DNA of 64,000 nucleotides from Candidatus Aphodoplasma sp. (lineage in GTDB: Bacteria; Bacillota; Clostridia; UBA1381; UMGS1253): the NCBI GenBank assembly GCA_045626925.1, contig JAZUQZ010000031.1:11087-75086 (forward strand), given 5' to 3'. Shown here in pieces: positions 57,411 to 64,000 of this stretch. Each line of letters opens with the position of its first letter. Position 1 is the first letter of the stretch. The notes under the pieces are model-generated. The model was not told the origin of the DNA. It saw only the letters and a program-made list of their open reading frames with translations, and did not search any database. Both the position numbers and the translations under genes were made by a program.

Positions 57411-58907
57411 ATGTCTTTAAAATTAATGTACATAACAAATAATCCGCAAGTTGCACGAATTGCTGAAGAAAATGGCGTTGATAGGATATGGATTGATTTA
57501 GAGAAAAACGGAAAAGAAGAGCGACAAAAGGGGTTAAATTCCGTTAAATCAAAACACAGTCAAGAAGATATAAGCGCTATAAGAAAAGCAATTGGCAAGC
57601 GCGCTGAGCTTATGGTAAGAGTCAACCCGATTTTTGAAGGCTCAAAGGCTGAAATTGATGATGCGATATCACGAGGCGCTGACATTTTGATGCTTCCTAT
57701 GTTTAAAACCATGCAGGAAGTAAAATGCTTTATAGATTTGGTTGGCGGAAGAGCAAAGACGATGCTTTTGGTCGAAACAAAAGAGGCAGCGCAAAACATT
57801 GAGGAGATTGTAGAGATTGAGGGTATAGATGAAATACATATTGGACTTAATGATTTACACTTGTCATATGGGTTGAGCTTTATGTTTGAACTTTTGTCAA
57901 ACGGATGCGTTGAAAGACTTTGCTCGGTTATAGCAAAGGCTGGCATACCATATGGCTTTGGAGGGGTGGCACGGCTTGATAGCGGAATGATTGCCGGCAG
58001 ACAGATAATAATGGAGCACTATCGACTTGGTTCAAGCATGGCCATTTTATCGCGAAGCTTTTGCAACACAGAAGATGTTGATAATATAGACGAAATAGAG
58101 AAGATTTTTTCACAAAACATGAAGGAATTCAGGGAATATGAGTCATATTGTCAGATGGCCGAGAGTGCAGAGTTTAATAAAAACAAGAAAGAAGTTAAAA
58201 AAGGGGTTAAAAAAGTTGTGAAGGAATTGGAGCTGAAAAACAAAAAAAGTAAAAGCTTTAGATTTTATAAAGATATAATAAAAAGGACGGGAGATATTTT
58301 GTGTGCTTCTATAGCGTTTGTTGTGGCCTCCCCCATTTTACTCATTGTAGCGCTTTTAGTAAAAATTGATTCAAAGGGGCCGGCAATATTTGTCCAGGAA
58401 AGACTTACTCTAAACGGAAGAGTGTTTAAAATGTATAAGTTCAGGACAATGTGCGTAAATGCAGAGAATCAGGGGACGGGCGCATATTCTTTTGATGATG
58501 ATCCACGCATAACGCGCGTTGGTGCAATTCTTCGAAAGCTGAGTCTTGATGAATTGCCACAACTTGTGAACATTATAAAGGGCGATATGTCTTTTATAGG
58601 GCCAAGGCCTATTTTGACATATCATCCGTGCAAATATGAAGAATACACAGAAGAAGAAAAAACTGTATTTACCGTTCGTCCGGGCATCACAGGTTGGGCA
58701 CAGGTTAATGGTAGAAACAATGTAGATTGGATACAGCGTTTTGAGCTTAATAAATGGTATGTAAAAAATGTTTCTCTTCTGCTTGATATAAAAATTGTGT
58801 TTATGACAATTTTTCAAGTTTTTTCAACAAAGGAGACTGTCATACAAGAAAAAACAGCAGAAAATTTTGCACAAAGAATACAAAAAGAGAATGCAGAGGT
58901 TAAATAA
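57411..58907 (+). CDS. Fusion protein: N-terminal HpcH/HpaI aldolase / citrate-lyase-beta-like TIM-barrel domain + C-terminal monotopic phosphoglycosyl transferase (bacterial sugar transferase, PglC/WbaP-C type)
   Basis: Residues ~290-498 read [42 protein letters not shown] ... [37 protein letters not shown]. Residues 1-~250 ([41 protein letters not shown]) look like the HpcH/HpaI fold. That N-terminal call is by eye only. Confidence 0.7.
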   Translation: MSLKLMYITNNPQVARIAEENGVDRIWIDLEKNGKEERQKGLNSVKSKHSQEDISAIRKAIGKRAELMVRVNPIFEGSKAEIDDAISRGADILMLPMFKTMQEVKCFIDLVGGRAKTMLLVETKEAAQNIEEIVEIEGIDEIHIGLNDLHLSYGLSFMFELLSNGCVERLCSVIAKAGIPYGFGGVARLDSGMIAGRQIIMEHYRLGSSMAILSRSFCNTEDVDNIDEIEKIFSQNMKEFREYESYCQMAESAEFNKNKKEVKKGVKKVVKELELKNKKSKSFRFYKDIIKRTGDILCASIAFVVASPILLIVALLVKIDSKGPAIFVQERLTLNGRVFKMYKFRTMCVNAENQGTGAYSFDDDPRITRVGAILRKLSLDELPQLVNIIKGDMSFIGPRPILTYHPCKYEEYTEEEKTVFTVRPGITGWAQVNGRNNVDWIQRFELNKWYVKNVSLLLDIKIVFMTIFQVFSTKETVIQEKTAENFAQRIQKENAEVK

Positions 58908-59827
58908 TGGCTAAAAGCAAAGCGAACATCTTATTAACAGGTGCATTTAACTATAGTGAAAAACAAATCAAGGCTATTTCGGAATTGGGATTTGAAACGA
59001 CTTTTCTGCAAAATGAAAAAGATGAAATAACAGATTATGAAAAGTTTAACGCTGTTATAGCTAACGGATTGTTTTTGCACCATGATATTTCGGAATTTAA
59101 AAACTTAAAATACATACAGCTCACAAGCGCAGGGTTTGACAGAGTTGCAATGGATTATATTAAAAAAAATGATATTATAATACATAATGCACGGGGAGTT
59201 TATAGTATACCTATGGCCGAGCATGCGGTTTTGAAAATATTGGAGCTTTATAAAAAAAGCTGGACTTTTTATACAAATCAACAAAAAGGCGAATGGTACA
59301 AGCAACGCGACATATTGGAGCTATATGGCAAAACCGTTGCGATTTTTGGGTGTGGAAGCGTAGGGCTTGAAATTGCAAAAAGGCTTAAGGCTTTTGGTAC
59401 ACATATCATAGGCGTAGATATTTTAAAAAGCGACAGCGACTATATCGAAGAATATGCCGACATTTCGCAAATTTATGATATTTTACCGAAAGCGGATATT
59501 GTAATATTAACGCTTCCGCTAAATGATGAAACAAGAGGTTTGTTTGATAAAACAAGCTTTGGTTGTATGAAGGAAAGTGCAATATTTATAAATATTGCTA
59601 GAGGACAAATAGTGTGTGAAAACGATTTGATTGATGCGCTGAAAGAGCAAAAAATCATGGGTGCAGCACTGGATGTTTTTGAACAAGAACCGCTCGACAA
59701 AGAAAGTGAGCTGTGGGAGTTGGAAAATGTAATAATTACTCCGCACAATTCTTTTGTGGGCGAGGGCAATAATAAAAGAATGTTTGAAGTAATATATAAA
59801 AATTTAGGGGTATTTATAAATGGCTGA
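58907..59827 (+). CDS. D-isomer-specific 2-hydroxyacid dehydrogenase family protein (NAD-binding)
   Basis: GCGSVGLEIAKRL Rossmann motif, ARG..V and ITPH catalytic-region motifs. Its start overlaps the upstream stop (TAATG). Confidence 0.8.
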   Translation: MAKSKANILLTGAFNYSEKQIKAISELGFETTFLQNEKDEITDYEKFNAVIANGLFLHHDISEFKNLKYIQLTSAGFDRVAMDYIKKNDIIIHNARGVYSIPMAEHAVLKILELYKKSWTFYTNQQKGEWYKQRDILELYGKTVAIFGCGSVGLEIAKRLKAFGTHIIGVDILKSDSDYIEEYADISQIYDILPKADIVILTLPLNDETRGLFDKTSFGCMKESAIFINIARGQIVCENDLIDALKEQKIMGAALDVFEQEPLDKESELWELENVIITPHNSFVGEGNNKRMFEVIYKNLGVFING

Positions 59828-60929
59828 AAAAATAATGGTAATTTCGCCCAAAAACAAAACTGTTTTTAATTTTCGCGGCGATTTGATAAAAGAATTTATA
59901 AACAAAGGTTATGAGGTAGTCGTAACAGGGCCGAACGACGATTTTGTTGATGACATCAAAGCACTTGGGGCTGAGTTTGTGAAGGTGCCGTGCGTTAAAG
60001 ATAATACGAGTATCCTAAACGATTTATCATATTGTAAAAATCTTTACAAGGTTATAAGAAAATATAAACCGAACAAGATTTTTTCGTACACAATAAAGCC
60101 TGTTATATATGGTTCAATTGCCGGCGGCCTTGCCGGAGTGAAAGAAATATATCCTATGATGACAGGGCTTGGAAGAGTGTATGGAATAGACAGCTTAAAG
60201 ACCAGGATAATAAGACTTATTACCGGCATACTATACAAAATCGGTTTTGCTTTTTGCAAAAAAGTTATTTTTCAAAACTGGGATGACTTAGAGCTTTTTG
60301 TAAAGTCGAGGTATCTTCCGAGGACGAAGTGTGAAAAAATAGATGGTTCCGGCGTTAATATGAATCGCTTTGAGTTTTGTGAGCTTCCTGATAAACCTGT
60401 ATTTCTTATGATTTCAAGGATTATAAAAGAAAAGGGTGTGTTTGAGTTTTGTGAGGCGGCAAAAACAGTCAAAGAAAAATACCCCGAAGCAGAGTTTGTG
60501 CTCTTGGGTGGATATGATGAGTCATTTGGTGCGATAAAGCCTGAGCAGATGGAGACTTATACAACTGCGGGCATAGTAAAAATACCCGGGGAGGTAAAAG
60601 ATGTATCCCCTGTATTAAAAGATGCATTCTGCTTTGTGCTTCCTACATATTACAGAGAAGGAATTCCAAGAACTATCCTTGAGGCAATGGCTACAGGAAA
60701 GCCCATTCTTACTACGGATTGGGTTGGTACAAGGGAAGCTGTTGAAGATGGAGAAAATGGCTTCTTAGTTCCCATAAAGGATAGCAAGGCTCTTGGCGAA
60801 AAGATGATATATATGATTGAAAATAAAGAGCAGACAAAACTTATGGGCAAAGCAAGTTATAAAATATGTCAAGAAAAATTTGATGTAAATATTATAAACG
60901 AAAAGATGCTCGAATTTATGGAAATATAA
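59820..60929 (+). CDS. Glycosyltransferase, GT4 (GT-B) family
   Basis: The C-terminal EX7E region reads EGIPRTILEAMATGKPILTTDWVGTREAVEDGENGFLV. 8-nt overlap with the upstream gene. Confidence 0.85.
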   Translation: MAEKIMVISPKNKTVFNFRGDLIKEFINKGYEVVVTGPNDDFVDDIKALGAEFVKVPCVKDNTSILNDLSYCKNLYKVIRKYKPNKIFSYTIKPVIYGSIAGGLAGVKEIYPMMTGLGRVYGIDSLKTRIIRLITGILYKIGFAFCKKVIFQNWDDLELFVKSRYLPRTKCEKIDGSGVNMNRFEFCELPDKPVFLMISRIIKEKGVFEFCEAAKTVKEKYPEAEFVLLGGYDESFGAIKPEQMETYTTAGIVKIPGEVKDVSPVLKDAFCFVLPTYYREGIPRTILEAMATGKPILTTDWVGTREAVEDGENGFLVPIKDSKALGEKMIYMIENKEQTKLMGKASYKICQEKFDVNIINEKMLEFMEI

Positions 60930-60943
60930 AAGAGGGTTATGCA

Positions 60944-61129
60944 ATGAATTTTTATAAAAAAATAATTAGCAGCAAAAAACTGCGATTCAAGATTTTGTCC
61001 TTCTTAAGTATTATTCCGGATAAGCAAATGTTACAGCTACAATATTTCATTAAGCACGGAAGAATATTAAACCTTAGTAATCCCAAAAGGTATACCGAAA
61101 AAATACGAACACGAATGTATATGCATTGA
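60944..61129 (+). pseudogene. Truncated remnant of a TupA-like ATP-grasp (amidoligase) gene
   Basis: The 61-aa ORF keeps only the family's N-terminal region (KKLRFKILSFLSIIPDKQMLQLQYFIKHGRILNLSNPKRYTEKI). It then diverges and stops, and the next gene starts 15 nt later. Confidence 0.55.
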
Positions 61130-61143
61130 AAAGAGGAATTAAG

Positions 61144-62097
61144 ATGGAGAATAAAAACCCAAAAGTATCTATTGTAATACCTGTATATAATGGCTCGGAT
61201 TATCTGGGCGAAGCTATAGATGGGGCGCTTGCACAAACCTATAAAAATTTAGAGGTTATAGTTGTAAATGACGGCTCGACGGATGATGGTGCAACGGAGC
61301 AAGTTGCACTATCATATGGTGACAAAATACGCTACTATTCAAAACCGAATGGCGGTGTTTCGTCTGCGCTAAATTTTGGAATTAAAAAAATGACGGGCGA
61401 GTATTTTTCGTGGCTATCGCATGACGATAACTATGCCCCGAGCAAGATTTTCGATGCTGTTTGTCTGATAAACAAGTACGGAAATGACAAAAAGATTATA
61501 GCTTGTACAGGCGGAATGTACATAGATGATAAATCGCTCCCCGTTAAAGCGTTTACGAAGCGGTTTGAAGATGACCATCTATATGAAGGCATCGAAGTGC
61601 TTATGAATATATTAAAAAGAACATTGAATATGTGCTGTTTGCTTATTCCACGCGAGGTGTTTGATGAATGTGGAATATTTGATGAAAGATTGCGATATTC
61701 TCAAGATGCCCTGATTTGTTATAAAATCTTTTGCAATGGGTATAAGCTTGTTTCAGACAACAAACCAAATGTGATGTACAGACGACACAGGGCGCAAGCG
61801 TCAAATACAAGGAAGGATCTATTTTATCATGACATATCTTTAATATGCAAAGAAATTGCTCCGGCATTTGCAAGCGTTTCAACACAGGAGTGCAATGTTT
61901 TATTAAAACATTCTATTAAAATTGCAAAATTTAGATGTGTTGATGCTATAAAAGAAAATATAAGGATAGGAAAAGAAACAAAAATATTATCCAAAATGGA
62001 CATCTTAAAAATAAAAGCAGTTTTAGAGTATGGGAAAATAAGAGAAGTTCTTAAACATATATATTGCAGGTATGTCTTGCGTATAAAAATAAAATGA
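61144..62097 (+). CDS. Glycosyltransferase family 2
   Basis: Start at 61144 (MENKNPKVSIVIPVYNGSDYLGEAIDGALAQTY). DDG and HDD (DXD-type) motifs. Confidence 0.88.
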   Translation: MENKNPKVSIVIPVYNGSDYLGEAIDGALAQTYKNLEVIVVNDGSTDDGATEQVALSYGDKIRYYSKPNGGVSSALNFGIKKMTGEYFSWLSHDDNYAPSKIFDAVCLINKYGNDKKIIACTGGMYIDDKSLPVKAFTKRFEDDHLYEGIEVLMNILKRTLNMCCLLIPREVFDECGIFDERLRYSQDALICYKIFCNGYKLVSDNKPNVMYRRHRAQASNTRKDLFYHDISLICKEIAPAFASVSTQECNVLLKHSIKIAKFRCVDAIKENIRIGKETKILSKMDILKIKAVLEYGKIREVLKHIYCRYVLRIKIK

Positions 62098-62121
62098 CTA
62101 TAAAAAACATGAGGGAAACAA

Positions 62122-63189
62122 ATGGTTATCTATGTAACAAATATTATATTGATGTTGTTTTGGCATGAGGTGCTTAATGTGCAGCGCTCAATGATTGGAG
62201 TGAAAAATCCGAAGAAAACATTTTGTGTCATTGCAGCACTTCAATGGATATTGATTTCGGGCTTAAGAGGCTTGTCCGTAGGCGCGGACACAATAAGTTA
62301 TAAAGACGACTTTGATATGGTTAGTGGCAGGACATGGAGCTCGCTTATAAAGTCGTTTAATGCTATTGTTTTTGAGGGTGCTCAAGGTAAGGACCCGGGA
62401 TATAAACTGCTTGAAAAAGCGTTTCAGATTTTTTCTGATAATTACCAAATGTGGCTTATATTTATAGCTGTTATTTTTATGGTGCCTATGGCAATTTGGA
62501 TATACAAACGCTCAGAGGATGCTCTTATGAGCTTTTTGATATATTCGTGCTTATTTGCATCGTTTTTTTCGATAACCGGGCACAGACAAACGGTTGCGAC
62601 AGCATTTGTTGTTTTTGTAGGAGATTTTCTTATAAAAAAGAGAAAATTTGTTCCGTTTTTATTGATTGTGCTTGTGATGAGTACGATTCATAAATCATGT
62701 TTGGTTTTTCTGCCATTCTATTTTTTGTACAATAAAAAAATAACGACACCATATATTATATTTGTTATTATAGCGGCGGTGTTGACCTTTATATTCCAAG
62801 ATTCGTTTATGGAGTTTTTGGCGGAATCATCAGGCTATGAGGATTATTCAAGAATGGAAGGAGCTGGTGCATACACCTTCTCAATTATGATTTTGCTTAT
62901 TATGATTGCGGCGCTTTGGCGCATGAGAATTATATTAGAAGAACATCCCGAAGCCAGTGCCTCATATAATGCTTTGATGCTTGCACTGGTATTTCTTCCG
63001 CTTACATTTGTTAACACAAATATGATGCGAGTTGTACAGTATTTTTCGATATATCTGATGATTGTGGTTCCTTATATATTACATTCGTTTAAGGGTAGAC
63101 AAAGGGCGTATATCACACTTGCTGTTATAGCTATATTGTTGTTTTTACATTTTAAAACACCAAGATATTATGAGTTCTTTTGGCAATAA
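62122..63189 (+). CDS. EpsG-family polytopic membrane protein (putative polysaccharide polymerase, Wzy-like)
   Basis: About 10 TM helices and a conserved periplasmic-loop region (GLSVGADTISYKDDF) typical of EpsG family. Confidence 0.75.
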   Translation: MVIYVTNIILMLFWHEVLNVQRSMIGVKNPKKTFCVIAALQWILISGLRGLSVGADTISYKDDFDMVSGRTWSSLIKSFNAIVFEGAQGKDPGYKLLEKAFQIFSDNYQMWLIFIAVIFMVPMAIWIYKRSEDALMSFLIYSCLFASFFSITGHRQTVATAFVVFVGDFLIKKRKFVPFLLIVLVMSTIHKSCLVFLPFYFLYNKKITTPYIIFVIIAAVLTFIFQDSFMEFLAESSGYEDYSRMEGAGAYTFSIMILLIMIAALWRMRIILEEHPEASASYNALMLALVFLPLTFVNTNMMRVVQYFSIYLMIVVPYILHSFKGRQRAYITLAVIAILLFLHFKTPRYYEFFWQ

Positions 63190-63203
63190 GGAGAAGGCAT
63201 AAA

Positions 63204-64000
63204 ATGAAAATACTTCAAATAAATTCTGTTTATAATGAGGGCAGCACGGGAAAGCTTGTGCAGTATATTCATAGCGGCTTAAAACAACGAGGCATTGAGA
63301 CGGTTGTTTGTTATGGGAATGGCGCTGTGGCACATGAGAAAAACATATACCGTATTTCAAACAAATTTAATCAAAAAATACAGGCGATAATTTCGAGAGT
63401 TACGGGAATTATGTATGGAGGGTGCATTTTTTCAACAAACAAAGCAATAAATATAATAAAAAAAGAAAAGCCGGATGTTGTACATCTGCAATGCATAAAC
63501 GGACATATTGTAAACATTTATCGTCTTGTAAAATGGTTAAAAAAGAATGATATAAAAACTGTTTTAACTCTTCATGCAGAGATAATGCATACGGGTGGCT
63601 GTGACCACGCATATGACTGTACAAAATGGCAAAACAAAGTGGGGTGCGGAAAGTGCCCGCGCTGGAGAGAAAAAACAACCTCGTGGTTTTTTGATAGAAC
63701 AGCGAGCATGTGGAAAAAAATGTATGGCGCTTTCGAGGGCTTTGACGAAAACTTGATTGTCGTATCTGTTTCGCCATGGCTTATGGAAAGAGCAAAGCTT
63801 TCGCCGATTTTGAAAAACAAAGAACACTTTACAATATTAAACGGAATAGACACTGGAGTGTTTTGCTTGTGCGCCGCTGATGAGCTTGTAAAAAAGTATA
63901 ATCCTGACAAAAAGAAGGTTGTTTTTCACGCCACACCAAAATTTGACGATAAAGAACAAAGCCTTAAAGGCGGGCGTTATGTTATAGAGCTTGCAAGAAG
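63204..64000 (+). CDS. Glycosyltransferase (GT4-like), N-terminal part; 3' end outside window; absent from the ORF track
   Basis: ATG at 63204 (AAGGAGAAGG RBS). I translated the frame to the window edge without a stop: MKILQINSVYNEGSTGKLVQYIHSGLKQRGIETVVCYG ... TLHAEIMHTGGCDHAYDCTKWQNKVGCGKCP ... The minus-strand ORFs listed here are shadows. Confidence 0.75.
   Translation, partial: MKILQINSVYNEGSTGKLVQYIHSGLKQRGIETVVCYGNGAVAHEKNIYRISNKFNQKIQAIISRVTGIMYGGCIFSTNKAINIIKKEKPDVVHLQCINGHIVNIYRLVKWLKKNDIKTVLTLHAEIMHTGGCDHAYDCTKWQNKVGCGKCPRWREKTTSWFFDRTASMWKKMYGAFEGFDENLIVVSVSPWLMERAKLSPILKNKEHFTILNGIDTGVFCLCAADELVKKYNPDKKKVVFHATPKFDDKEQSLKGGRYVIELAR

Noticed and set aside
63145-63910. Three overlapping minus-strand ORFs (71, 122, 87 and 112 aa) at the window end
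   Set aside because: They overlap a plus-strand frame that is open from 63204 to the window edge, has a strong RBS and gives a glycosyltransferase-like translation. That frame is missing from the track only because it has no stop.
1-64000. CRISPR arrays, IS elements, transposases, integrases, prophage or defence-system genes
   Set aside because: I saw no regularly spaced 25-40-nt direct repeats; the only tandem repeats are the parS pair and the 57-bp-period pair at 52.2 kb. No translation resembles a transposase, recombinase, Cas or phage protein.

Overview
This window is an origin-proximal chromosomal segment of a spore-forming Firmicute, Clostridia-like by gene content (spoIVA, SleB-type hydrolase, ctsR-mcsA-mcsB-clpC, WalRK-like pair). 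I saw no transposase, integrase, CRISPR array or rRNA. It carries the replication module: DnaA-box clusters on both sides of dnaA, then dnaN, yaaA, recF, remB-like and gyrB (23.5-30.1 kb). It also carries soj/spo0J with two tandem parS-like sites (2.4-4.2 kb), the rpmH-rnpA-yidD-yidC-jag-mnmE block (43-47 kb), a hisZ-G-A-IE operon, serS, galU, hslO, argD-argF, a seven-gene tRNA cluster, cell-wall and spore genes (VanW-G5, YabE-like, mreB/mbl, spoIVA) and the start of an exopolysaccharide locus (57.4-64 kb). The strongest finding is a complete T-box leader at 15.78-16.04 kb, with a probable AUC (Ile) specifier and CUU (Leu) as the alternative. It does not precede an aminoacyl-tRNA synthetase or amino-acid biosynthesis gene. 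It precedes a 766-aa fusion of an XRE-HTH plus cupin module to a medium-chain-type AMP-forming acyl-CoA synthetase, followed by MaoC-hotdog and ABM-domain genes. Four other points stand out. The oriC-dnaA-dnaN-yaaA-recF-remB block is much more AT-rich than its flanks. Origin-region synteny is scrambled, with parAB and the rpmH block both about 20 kb from dnaA and both pointing toward it. The EPS priming enzyme is fused to an HpcH/HpaI-type TIM-barrel domain. Several operators are readable directly: CtsR, an ARG box, a three-arm inverted repeat at the his promoter, tandem Spo0A boxes and a WalR-like box. All calls come from reading the sequence and ORF translations by eye; no searches were run.
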